Below, piece by piece: positions 15,208 through 24,036 of a DNA stretch of 64,000 bases (position 1 is its first letter; the number at the start of each line of letters is the position of its first letter). A model generated the notes under the pieces. It did no database searches, was not told where the DNA came from, and saw only the letters and a list, made by a program, of their open reading frames with translations. The DNA comes from Myxococcota bacterium (lineage in GTDB: Bacteria > Myxococcota_A > UBA9160 > UBA4427): the NCBI GenBank assembly GCA_036336835.1, contig JAYZFK010000005.1:1-64000 (forward strand), in the 5' to 3' direction. Made by a program: the position numbers and the translations under genes.

Positions 15208-18183
15208 TCAGCGGCTCTCCTGCAGCGCTGCGAGCCGCAGCCCGACGGCGGCGGCGCTCTGCGGACGCCGCTCGGGCTGGGGCTCGAGCAGCTTCACGAT
15301 CAACTCGGCCAGGCGCGGATCGAGGTCGGGTACGACCTCGCGGGGGTCGCGCGGTGCGCCGTGTCGCGTGGGATGGCGGCTGTCGACGCGGGGGAAGGGG
15401 ACCTCGCCCGTGACGAGCTCGAACAGCGTGGCACCAAGTGCGTACAGATCGGCTCGGTGGTCGACCTCGGCGCCGTCCGTCTGCTCCGGCGCCATGTAGT
15501 AGGGCGTGCCGCCGATCAGGCTGGCGCCTCGCCGGACCTCCTCGACCAGCTTCGCCAGGCCGAAGTCCATGATCTTGATGTGCTGGTCCGTGGTCAGGAA
15601 CAGGTTGGCCGTCTTGATGTCGCGGTGGATCACGCCGCGCACGTGGGCGTACTCGAGGCCGTCGCAGACCTGCGTGCCGATCCGCGCAACCTCGGCAGTC
15701 GACAGGCACCCACGCTGCCGCAGCAGCCCGCCCAGCGGGTGGCCCTCGAGCAGCTCCATGGTGATGAACAGCTCGTCGTCTTCCCGGTCGGCGTCGTAGA
15801 CGATGACGATGTTGGGGTGATTCAGCGCGGCCGCAGCGCGCGCCTCGCGTAGGAACATCTCCACGGCGCCCGGGTGTTCGCGCAGGTTCTCGGACAGGCG
15901 CTTGAGCGCAACGATCCGGCCGAGCCGTCGATCTCGCGCCTTGTACACGATCCCCATACCGCCGCGCCCGATTTCCTCGAGCTGCTCGTAACGCTGGGTC
16001 GGGAGCACCACGGTCGGCGCCAGCGAGACGCCATCTCTCGATTGCTGGGCATCGAGGTAGCGTCGCCCGCTGCGCGCCTTTCGTAGCTGCTCAGCACGCG
16101 TCGCCAGGTTGGGATAGGCCGGGTCGAGCAGTCGCAGAGCCTCGATCACCTCGAGCGCGCTCTCGAGATCGCCCGCCTTCTCGTGGAGCTCGGCCAGACG
16201 CGCGTAGGTCCGCGGCGCAACCTCGTCCTGACCGGCAGCCGCGACGTACTCCGCAAGCTTGCGCGCCGCCACCTCGAAGTGCGACTCGCGCTCGAACGCG
16301 TCGGCCAACAGGACGCAGGCGTCGCGGTAGCTCGGGTCCTCGGACGAGACGCGCTGCAACAAGCGGATCCCACGGGTCGGCAATCCGTTGTCGAGCGCAA
16401 TGCGCGCGGCCTCGAAGATATCGCCGCGCCGGTTCAGGGCCTCGACCCAGCTCGCGACGTCACCGGCCGAGCGAAAGCAGGCAATTGCGTTGTCGAAGTC
16501 GCGCGCAGCCTCGTAGGCGCGCCCAGCGCGCACCTCCTGGCCGGACAGCTGATACATCTCGGCCGCCGACAGCAGATCGTGCGAGCGCTCGAACAACTCG
16601 CCCGCGTGCGCGCAGTTGCCCAGTTCGCTCTGCAGCTCTGCCGCAAGGTCGAGAGTCCCGGCCGCCTCGAAGTGCAGCGCGGCCTCGTCAATGCGTCCGT
16701 GCTCGCGGCAGCGCCGGCCGAGCAGCTGGTGTGCCAGCTGCGGCTGACCGTCGCGCGCGAGCCGTTCAGCGGCCGTTTCGAGCTGTCCGGAGAGATAGGG
16801 CTCGACTGCCGGCGGGCACGCCTTGAACACGATGTTCTCGTTGCGACCCAGGTCGACCGACAGCTGGGTCGGAAGGTGCGATCGAACCAGGAGCGGTCGC
16901 TCGACGACGCGGTCGCCCCCTCCGGCGACAATCAGGTACTCACCGCGCGGGAGGTGCAGGCGAACGCGGCCCCGCACCGTCTCGACACTGCCTCCGGGGT
17001 GCCCGCGCGCAGCCACGAGTGCATCGGGGACGTCCCTTCCGTCCCAGGTCACCTTTACATCCACCGGACACGCGCCCGGTGTCGCATCGACGTCGAGTCG
17101 TACCGTGCGGCGGTGCAGCACCGTTGCGGACCCCTGGAGGAACCGGTGCGCAACGGACGAGCCGTCGCGCGGATCTTGCAAGACGCCTTCTACGGTCACG
17201 TAGTAGCGGCCGCACGACAGCCGCGGGAACGAGGTCTCTCGCGCCACCAGCTGGTGCTCCCGGCCGCTCGCCGTTCCACCCTTGAGGATCTCGTGGTCGC
17301 TCACCGGGCGGCGACGCTCCGCGCGATCGTGGCTGCGATCGAGGCGCACGCGGAAGCTGCCGCGCAGCTCTTGCGGATACACGATCTGCACCGTCAGATC
17401 GCCGCGCCTGCGCATCGTGAACAGGATGGCAACGACGACGAGGGCGCCCAGCCCGGCGAGCCCGAGGCGACTCTCGGCCCAGTCGACCTCGAGCAGCTGC
17501 CCGGCAAACGCGACGGCGTCGTCCAGTGTCGTGCCCCGGAGGACCTCCGCTGCGGACGCAACCGGCGGCCGTGTCTCCGGGGGATCGGACTGCGCAGGCA
17601 ACAGCGACGCGGCAGGCGATGCGGCAGGCGATGCGGCGTACTCGAGCGATCGACCGGCAGTGACGTACTGGCTGGCTTCGCTCTGCATGCGAGCCGGGCG
17701 ACGCCGGGCGCGCGCATCGTCGGGCGAAAGGCGCGCAGCGATCTCAGCGAGCTCGAGCGCCGATCGCTGGAGGCCCACCGCGCGCTCGATCGCGATCGCA
17801 GCAGCCAGCTGGATCCGGATCCCCGGGTCGTACCGAGATGCCGCGCGGGTGCGCTGCGCACGTGAAGCGAGCGGTGCGAAGAGCGTTCTTCCCGCCGAAC
17901 GCCCGGCGAGTGCGGTTGCCGGCGCTTGGGGCAGGGAGACGTTTGGCGTCGTGAAGGCTTCGTCGCGCGCGGCATCTGGCGAAGCGACGCCGGCAGCGGC
18001 GTCCCACACCTGGTGCTCGCGCCTCAGGATGTCGCGGCGCAGATCCTCGCGGACCCGCCGTTCCCACAGCTCGCCGCCTTCCGGAGCGGACCCGGCACCG
18101 GGCTGCGCATCCGCGGAGAGCGTAAAGCTTCCGCACAAGACAACGCCTACGAGGCTTCGAAGCCATCTGGCCCGGCTCGGCAT
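15208..18183 (-). CDS. Membrane-anchored Hanks-type Ser/Thr protein kinase with TPR-like region
   Basis: IGRGGMGIVYKA, VALK, HRDIKTAN, DFG, GTPYYMAPE, DLYALG; signal peptide and one TM segment upstream. Confidence 0.9.
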   Translation of the reverse strand: MPSRARWLRSLVGVVLCGSFTLSADAQPGAGSAPEGGELWERRVREDLRRDILRREHQVWDAAAGVASPDAARDEAFTTPNVSLPQAPATALAGRSAGRTLFAPLASRAQRTRAASRYDPGIRIQLAAAIAIERAVGLQRSALELAEIAARLSPDDARARRRPARMQSEASQYVTAGRSLEYAASPAASPAASLLPAQSDPPETRPPVASAAEVLRGTTLDDAVAFAGQLLEVDWAESRLGLAGLGALVVVAILFTMRRRGDLTVQIVYPQELRGSFRVRLDRSHDRAERRRPVSDHEILKGGTASGREHQLVARETSFPRLSCGRYYVTVEGVLQDPRDGSSVAHRFLQGSATVLHRRTVRLDVDATPGACPVDVKVTWDGRDVPDALVAARGHPGGSVETVRGRVRLHLPRGEYLIVAGGGDRVVERPLLVRSHLPTQLSVDLGRNENIVFKACPPAVEPYLSGQLETAAERLARDGQPQLAHQLLGRRCREHGRIDEAALHFEAAGTLDLAAELQSELGNCAHAGELFERSHDLLSAAEMYQLSGQEVRAGRAYEAARDFDNAIACFRSAGDVASWVEALNRRGDIFEAARIALDNGLPTRGIRLLQRVSSEDPSYRDACVLLADAFERESHFEVAARKLAEYVAAAGQDEVAPRTYARLAELHEKAGDLESALEVIEALRLLDPAYPNLATRAEQLRKARSGRRYLDAQQSRDGVSLAPTVVLPTQRYEQLEEIGRGGMGIVYKARDRRLGRIVALKRLSENLREHPGAVEMFLREARAAAALNHPNIVIVYDADREDDELFITMELLEGHPLGGLLRQRGCLSTAEVARIGTQVCDGLEYAHVRGVIHRDIKTANLFLTTDQHIKIMDFGLAKLVEEVRRGASLIGGTPYYMAPEQTDGAEVDHRADLYALGATLFELVTGEVPFPRVDSRHPTRHGAPRDPREVVPDLDPRLAELIVKLLEPQPERRPQSAAAVGLRLAALQESR

Positions 18184-18296
18184 CGGATTTCGAGCCGCCC
18201 CCCGAGCTGATCCCGATCGAACGGTATTTAGCCCCTTCCCATGCGGGTTGCTTCCCCGCAGGAATGGCGCTGTCTGGAGGCGTGGGGGAGCGGCGC

Positions 18297-18404
18297 TCAG
18301 CCCGCGTTGCCCGACTTCTCGGCCTTCTTGCGGGCGCGGCGCCGACGCCGGCTCAGCTTGACGCGATGGCGCTTGATCTTCTGCTTGCTCTTGCTGCGAG
18401 CCAT
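18297..18404 (-). CDS. Small, highly basic protein (35 aa)
   Basis: GGAGGAG RBS then ATG; MARSKSKQKIKRHRVKLSRRRRRARKKAEKSGNAG; fills the gap between the CPBP and kinase genes. Confidence 0.65.
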   Translation of the reverse strand: MARSKSKQKIKRHRVKLSRRRRRARKKAEKSGNAG

Positions 18405-18436
18405 CGGCTCCTCCCGTCTTCTGACGGCGCCCGAGG

Positions 18437-19213
18437 CTACCCCGGCCGCCCGTCCGCTGCCACGGAAGGGGCCGGCCAGGCGCGGCGCATCCCGAGCAGG
18501 CCGGCTACGGCGAAGAGGGAGGCGAGCGGCAACACGATCCAGTCGATCCAGCCGGGCCAGCTCTGCGTGGAGAGCGCAATCGCCAGGGCGTTGTTTGCCA
18601 CGTGGCAGAGGATGCAAGCGAGCGTACTCCCGGTCGTGACTCGCACCCCAGCCAGGTAGAGGCCAAGGGCACCTGCGCCCAGTATGTGCGCGGGGTCGAG
18701 ATGCAGCAGCGCGAACGGCAGCGTGCTGAGGGCGATCGCCGCCGGTGCGCCGATTCGGCGCAGCAGCGCGCCGAGCAGGAGCCCGCGAAACAACAGCTCC
18801 TCGGCAATGCCGGGCAGCAGGGCCACGCCGATCGCGAGCAGCGCAAGGGCCGGCAGCGCCGCCGCCGCCATCGCCTGGTCGAGCTGCTCGAGCGAGCTGC
18901 CTTCGACGACACCCGTCCAGGCGAGACCCGCGCTGACCATCACGCCGAATCCCAGCTGTCCGGCCAGCAACAGAGAGAGCGACGGGGCGCCGTCGCGCGG
19001 CCGCACCAGCGCCAGGGTGTCACGAGGGGGTGCCGGAACCAGGAATGCGCCCATCACGGCGAGTGCGGCGAACGACAGCGATGCGATCGTGCCCGCCAGG
19101 GCGAGCCACTCGGCATCGAGCGGGCGCTCGCGGGCCAGTCCAGCACCCACCGCCAGCGTGGCCACGGCCGTCGCTGCGATGGCCGCTGCGGCGCGCGGTC
19201 GGGTCTCGGCCAT
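18437..19213 (-). CDS. CPBP (CAAX/Abi) intramembrane glutamic endopeptidase
   Basis: EELLFRG, FALLH, HVANN motifs; multiple TM helices. Confidence 0.88.
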   Translation of the reverse strand: MAETRPRAAAAIAATAVATLAVGAGLARERPLDAEWLALAGTIASLSFAALAVMGAFLVPAPPRDTLALVRPRDGAPSLSLLLAGQLGFGVMVSAGLAWTGVVEGSSLEQLDQAMAAAALPALALLAIGVALLPGIAEELLFRGLLLGALLRRIGAPAAIALSTLPFALLHLDPAHILGAGALGLYLAGVRVTTGSTLACILCHVANNALAIALSTQSWPGWIDWIVLPLASLFAVAGLLGMRRAWPAPSVAADGRPG

Positions 19214-19261
19214 GCTCGGCAGGATACTCGCGATGCGGACCGAGCCGGCTACCCTCCGGTC

Positions 19262-19822
19262 GTGTCGTCCGAATTCTCGTCCTCGTTGCTCCTGGCCATG
19301 CCCCAGCTACAGGATCCGAACTTCAAGCGCGCGGTGGTTCAGCTGATCGAGCACGACGAGCAGGGAACCTTCGGTCTAGTGCTCAATCGCGAAGTCGACC
19401 TCACGGCCGTCGACCTGTGTGAGAGCCTCGAGTTCGACTGGAATGGCGACCCGGGCGCGTGCATCCGCTGGGGCGGACCCGTTCAGGGCAATACGGGCTG
19501 GGTGTTGTTCGGCGACGACGTCGCGCTCGAGATGAGCGGCGAGCCGGTGCAGCAAGTGCTGCCGGGGCTGAGCTTCGCCGGGTCGCTATCGGTCCTGCAG
19601 GCGGTCGCCGAGCAGCCACCGGAAGACGTTGAGCTGTTCCTCGGCTATGCAGGCTGGGGCCCGGGGCAGCTCGAGAGCGAGATCGCAGCAGGCGCCTGGC
19701 TGAGCGCACCGCCGTCGACCGAGGTCGTCTTCGGCGTCGATCCCGACGTAATGTGGGACCACGTCCTGCGCGGCCTCGGCGTCGACCCGGTCACATTGAT
19801 CTCGACCAGCGGGGTTCACTGA
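19262..19822 (+). CDS. YqgE/AlgH family protein
   Basis: LLLAMPQLQDPNFKRAVV, GLVLNR, GGPV, GYAGWGPGQLESEI. Confidence 0.9.
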   Translation: MSSEFSSSLLLAMPQLQDPNFKRAVVQLIEHDEQGTFGLVLNREVDLTAVDLCESLEFDWNGDPGACIRWGGPVQGNTGWVLFGDDVALEMSGEPVQQVLPGLSFAGSLSVLQAVAEQPPEDVELFLGYAGWGPGQLESEIAAGAWLSAPPSTEVVFGVDPDVMWDHVLRGLGVDPVTLISTSGVH

Positions 19823-19894
19823 TTCCGCTCCGGTCGGGGTGGAGCGGTAGACTGCCCTGTCGCGCCCGCCCAGATCTCGAGGAGGTTCAGAGTC

Positions 19895-20152
19895 ATCGAG
19901 TCCACTGTCAGTTACGAGATCCGCTGCCCCACTTGTAACGTGAGCTACCCGCCCGAAACCAAGCAGTGCATGCACTGCGGCGGACGCCTCGGCCGGACTC
20001 GGCTCGGCGTGGACAGGCTCGCGAGCGGACCGATCGACATCGACGACTTCCCGGATCAGGCGCCGCGCCGCGGTCTACTGCGGACTGGCCTCGGCTCGAT
20101 CTGGATTCTCTTGGCCCTCACCGCGACCTGCTATCGCGTCTGTACCGGCTGA
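19895..20152 (+). CDS. Small zinc-ribbon protein with C-terminal TM helix (start uncertain, possibly ATC)
   Basis: In-frame RCPTCNVSYPPETKQCMHCGGRL (two CxxC) and hydrophobic C-terminus; GGAGG at 19881-19885. Confidence 0.6.
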   Translation: MESTVSYEIRCPTCNVSYPPETKQCMHCGGRLGRTRLGVDRLASGPIDIDDFPDQAPRRGLLRTGLGSIWILLALTATCYRVCTG

Positions 20153-20173
20153 ACGAGGCGCAAGGACAACGGC

Positions 20174-20818
20174 ATGCCCACGATCCATGGAGTCAATGCA
20201 TCGCCCTTCGTGCGCAAGGTACGCGCGGTCCTGGAAGAGAAGGGCGTCGAGTACGAGCTCAACCCCGTCATGCCGTTCGGTGTGTCCGACGAGTTCAAGA
20301 AGATCTCGCCGCTGGGAAAGATCCCGGTTTACGAGGACAGCGGCTACGTGCTGCCCGACTCGTCTTGCATCGCGGCGTTCATCGAGCGCAAGCATCCGAC
20401 GCCAGCGCTGTACCCCGAGAACGACGAGTCCTTCGGTCGCGCTCTGTTCCTCGAGGAGTATGCCGACACGAAGCTCGTCGAGGTTCTGGTCATGGTCTTC
20501 GTGCAGCGCGTGATCAACAAGCTGATCATGAAGGGCGAGTCGGACGAAGCACTGTGCCGGCAGGTGCTGACCGAGCGCATCCCGCCCGTGTTCGACTACC
20601 TGGAATCGCTGATCGGCAGCGGCAACGCTCTGGTGGATGGACGCTTCTCGATCGCCGATATCGCGGTCGCCTCGCCGTTCGTCAACTTCGCTCACGCCGG
20701 CGAGGAAGTGGACGCGGCGCGCTGGCCCGGGCTGGCAGCCTATGTCGGGCAGCTCCATGCCCGACCGAGCTTCAAGAAGCTGATCGACGAGGAGCAAGCC
20801 GGCTTCGCGTCGATGTGA
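20174..20818 (+). CDS. Glutathione S-transferase family protein
   Basis: [27 protein letters not shown]. Confidence 0.9.
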   Translation: MPTIHGVNASPFVRKVRAVLEEKGVEYELNPVMPFGVSDEFKKISPLGKIPVYEDSGYVLPDSSCIAAFIERKHPTPALYPENDESFGRALFLEEYADTKLVEVLVMVFVQRVINKLIMKGESDEALCRQVLTERIPPVFDYLESLIGSGNALVDGRFSIADIAVASPFVNFAHAGEEVDAARWPGLAAYVGQLHARPSFKKLIDEEQAGFASM

Positions 20819-20843
20819 TCGGCCTGCGAAGAGAGGATTGTCG

Positions 20844-21956
20844 ATGAAGGTCGAGGCCGCCATTGCCGTTGCGGCGGGCGAGCCGCTCGCGATCGACGAG
20901 CTCGAGCTCGAGCAGCCCAGGGCTGGCGAGTGTCTGGTGCGGATCGTGGCCACGGGCGTCTGCCACACGGATGCCTACACGCTCTCGGGCGCGGACCCGG
21001 AAGGGTTGTTCCCGAGCGTGCTCGGTCACGAAGGGGGCGGCATCATCGAGGAGATCGGCCCCGGCGTCACATCGCTCGAGGTGGGCGACCACGTCATTCC
21101 GCTCTACACGGCTGAGTGTCGGCAGTGCAAGTTCTGCCTGTCGGGCAAGACCAACCTGTGCGGTGCGATCCGCGAGACCCAGGGCCGGGGCCTGATGCCC
21201 GACGGAACGAGTCGCATCTCGTGGCGCGGCGAGAAGATCCACCACTACATGGGGACGTCGACGTTTGCGCGCCACACGGTGGTGCCGGAGATCTCGCTCG
21301 CGAAGATCCGCAAGGACGCGCCGCTCGACAAGGTGTGTCTGCTCGGCTGCGGTATTACGACGGGAATCGGGGCGGTCCTGCACACCGCGAAGTGCGAGCC
21401 GGGCTCGTCGGTCGCGGTCTTCGGATTGGGTGGGATCGGACTGTCGGTGGTCCAGGGCGCTGTGATGGCAGGCTGCGAGCGCATCATCGGTGTCGATACC
21501 AACCCCAAGAAATTCGAGATGGCGCTGCAATTCGGCGCCAGCGACTGCATCGACCCCGCCGACGTCGGCGACAGCGTTGCCGACTACATCGTCGATCTGA
21601 CCGACGGCGGCGTCGACTACTCATTCGAGTGCATTGGAAGCGTCGAGGTAATGGGCGAGGCACTGCGCTGTACGCACAAGGGGTGGGGCGAGTCGATCAT
21701 CATCGGGGTCGCCGGTGGCGGGCAGGAGATCCACGCGCGGCCCTTCCTGCTGGTTACCGGGCGCTCGTGGCGAGGCACCGCGTTTGGCGGCACGCGGGGC
21801 CGAACGCAGCTGCCGAGCTTCGTCGATCGCTACATGAACGGACGGATCAAGATCGACGAGATGGTGAGCAGGGTGCTGCCGCTCGAGCGGATCAACGACG
21901 CATTCGAGCTGATGCACGAGGGCGAGACGATCCGCAGCGTGATCGACCTCAGCTGA
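20844..21956 (+). CDS. frmA: S-(hydroxymethyl)glutathione dehydrogenase / class III alcohol dehydrogenase
   Basis: [24 protein letters not shown]...TNLC, GWGES, RPF.LVTGR.W.GTAFGG. Confidence 0.93.
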   Translation: MKVEAAIAVAAGEPLAIDELELEQPRAGECLVRIVATGVCHTDAYTLSGADPEGLFPSVLGHEGGGIIEEIGPGVTSLEVGDHVIPLYTAECRQCKFCLSGKTNLCGAIRETQGRGLMPDGTSRISWRGEKIHHYMGTSTFARHTVVPEISLAKIRKDAPLDKVCLLGCGITTGIGAVLHTAKCEPGSSVAVFGLGGIGLSVVQGAVMAGCERIIGVDTNPKKFEMALQFGASDCIDPADVGDSVADYIVDLTDGGVDYSFECIGSVEVMGEALRCTHKGWGESIIIGVAGGGQEIHARPFLLVTGRSWRGTAFGGTRGRTQLPSFVDRYMNGRIKIDEMVSRVLPLERINDAFELMHEGETIRSVIDLS

Positions 21957-22722
21957 GGGCGGACGCGACCAGCCGCAAGGCGATCAGGGTCAGCACGCTC
22001 TTGTACAGCAGCGTAAAGGCCCGCTCGTTCACGAACTCGAGCAGGCGGCTGCCGGTCCAGGTCCCGGCAACCACCATCGCCGCCAGCAGTGCGAGCAGTA
22101 GGGCGTGCTCGCCGAAGGCGAACCCGACGGCACCGAACACCACGAGCTTGGCCAGATGCCCGAGCGTCTGGCATGCGGCCTTCGTGCCGATCAACGCGAA
22201 GCGGTCGAGGCCGAGGTTCAGGAAGAACGGCGCAATCAGCGGGCCCGTGGCGCCGATCGACACGTTGAGGAAGCCGACCGCGCCTCCCAGCACGACGAAA
22301 CGCCGGTGAGCGTTCGTGTTCTCCGGGTGGGTGCCCAGCAACAGGGCTCCTGGCGCCCAGGTTGCGAGCAGCACGAACGCGCCGATCACTGCGCGCAGCC
22401 CGTCGGGTGGCAGCCGCTGCGCCAGGCCGATCCCGGCGAACCCGGCCGGCAGCAACAGCAACGCGTAACGCCACACGATGTCGCGGCGCACCGAGCGCCG
22501 CTGAATCCAGCTGCGCGAGCCGTTCGAGATCAGTTGGATGACCCCGTGCAAGGGGATGACCAGGAGCGGCTCGGCATACAGCAGCATCACTGCGAGCAGC
22601 GTGATCCCGCCCGCCATCCCGACGATCGCCGACAACCCCGCGGTGGCGAACGCCGCCACCGCGAGCACGATTGCGGCCTCCGAGCCGAGCGGCCCGAACC
22701 CTTCGAAGCCAGCCATGGGCAT
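21949..22722 (-). CDS. TauE/SafE family (sulfite exporter-type) permease
   Basis: GMAGG in TM1, repeated half with GATGP; about 8 TM helices. Confidence 0.82.
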   Translation of the reverse strand: MPMAGFEGFGPLGSEAAIVLAVAAFATAGLSAIVGMAGGITLLAVMLLYAEPLLVIPLHGVIQLISNGSRSWIQRRSVRRDIVWRYALLLLPAGFAGIGLAQRLPPDGLRAVIGAFVLLATWAPGALLLGTHPENTNAHRRFVVLGGAVGFLNVSIGATGPLIAPFFLNLGLDRFALIGTKAACQTLGHLAKLVVFGAVGFAFGEHALLLALLAAMVVAGTWTGSRLLEFVNERAFTLLYKSVLTLIALRLVASALS

Positions 22723-22750
22723 CCCCGCGCGAGCACGGTAAGCTACTCGC

Positions 22751-24019
22751 ATGCATCAAGTTGATCAACGTGTATTAAATGATCAATATCGAGATCATCT
22801 GACGGCCCGGGAGGCGGCCGAGATGCTTGGTATCAAGCTTCCCACGCTCTACGCCTACACGAGCCGCGGCCTGGTCCGCAGCATGGCCGGACCGAAGGGG
22901 CGCACGCGCCGCTACCTGCGTGCCGATCTCGAGCGACTGCGGGCACGGCGCGACGCCCGCGCCGGGCACGGGCCCGTGGCGGCCGCGGCGCTGCGCTTCG
23001 GCGAGCCCGTGCTGGACACGCGGCTGACGGCGATCGATCCCGAACGCGGCCCGATCTATCGCGGCCAGCTGGCGGCAAAGCTGGCCGAGCAGGGCACGCC
23101 GTTCGAGGCCGTCTGCGAGCTGCTGTGGACCGGGGCCTCGCTCGCCGACTCGCCCGTCTGGCCGCCGAGCGATCCACCCCCGGCGATCGACGCACTCGCC
23201 CACCTGCTGCCCGCGACCGCGACGCCGCTCGAAAGGCTGGCGTCATCGCTGCCGCTGCTCGCCGCCCACGACCCGGGCCGCTTCGCCGCGCGCCCCGAGA
23301 GCGTTCTTCCGCGCGCGCGACAGCTGCTGCGCTGGATGGCCGCTGCGCTCGTCCCTCGCTTCGAGCCGGCTCGTATCGAGACTGTGCTCGCGGCGCCGAG
23401 CATGGCCGCGGCCGTCGCGTGTGCCCTCGGCGCGCCCGGCCACGCGGAGGCGTCGACTGCCCTCGATCGCGCGCTCGTGCTGTGCGCCGACCACGAGCTC
23501 AACGCGTCCGCATTCGCGGGTCGCGTCGCGGCGTCGACCGGCGCCGATCTCTATGCCTGCGTCGGCGCCGCACTGGCCGCGCTGTCGGGGCCGCAGCACG
23601 GCGGTGCGGCGGACCGGGTCGAGGTGCTGATCGAGGAGATCGGAGAGCCGGAGCGGGCCGAGCAGGTCGTGAACGAGCGCGCGCGGCGCGGCGAGAGCAC
23701 GGAAGGCTTCGGCAGCCCGATCTACCCGCGCGGCGATCCACGCGGCGTCGCATTGCTCGGCTGGGCCGAGGAGCTGGCTCCCGGCTCGCGAGGAGTGCGC
23801 AGCTGTCGCGCGCTGGTCGACGCGATGGCAGCGAGCGGCGTCGGCCCGACGGTCGACCTGGGCCTGGTCGCCCTCGCCAGCGCGCTAGCGCTTCCCGCCG
23901 GGTCCGCGGTCGGCATGTTCGCGATCGCTCGCTGCGGCGGCTGGGTCGCGCACACGCTCGAGCAGTACCAGGCCGGCTTTCTGCTGCGGCCGCGGGCGCG
24001 CTACACCGAGCGCGACTAG
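22751..24019 (+). CDS. Citrate synthase-fold protein with N-terminal HTH DNA-binding domain
   Basis: LTAREAAEMLGIKLPTLYAYTSRGL (HTH); DHELNAS, SGPQHGGA, GFG...DPR, TVD, ARCGGW.AH, RPRARY. Confidence 0.88.
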   Translation: MHQVDQRVLNDQYRDHLTAREAAEMLGIKLPTLYAYTSRGLVRSMAGPKGRTRRYLRADLERLRARRDARAGHGPVAAAALRFGEPVLDTRLTAIDPERGPIYRGQLAAKLAEQGTPFEAVCELLWTGASLADSPVWPPSDPPPAIDALAHLLPATATPLERLASSLPLLAAHDPGRFAARPESVLPRARQLLRWMAAALVPRFEPARIETVLAAPSMAAAVACALGAPGHAEASTALDRALVLCADHELNASAFAGRVAASTGADLYACVGAALAALSGPQHGGAADRVEVLIEEIGEPERAEQVVNERARRGESTEGFGSPIYPRGDPRGVALLGWAEELAPGSRGVRSCRALVDAMAASGVGPTVDLGLVALASALALPAGSAVGMFAIARCGGWVAHTLEQYQAGFLLRPRARYTERD

Positions 24020-24036
24020 CGGGCACGGGCGTCGCT

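Noticed and set aside
17604..17637. 12-bp tandem repeat (gcgatgcggcag)
   Set aside because: Only about 2.8 copies, encoding an ASPAASPAAS linker in the kinase; not a CRISPR or a notable VNTR
19825..19847. ccgctcc/ggagcgg hairpin after yqgE as a terminator
   Set aside because: 7-bp stem with no U-tract; insufficient for a confident call
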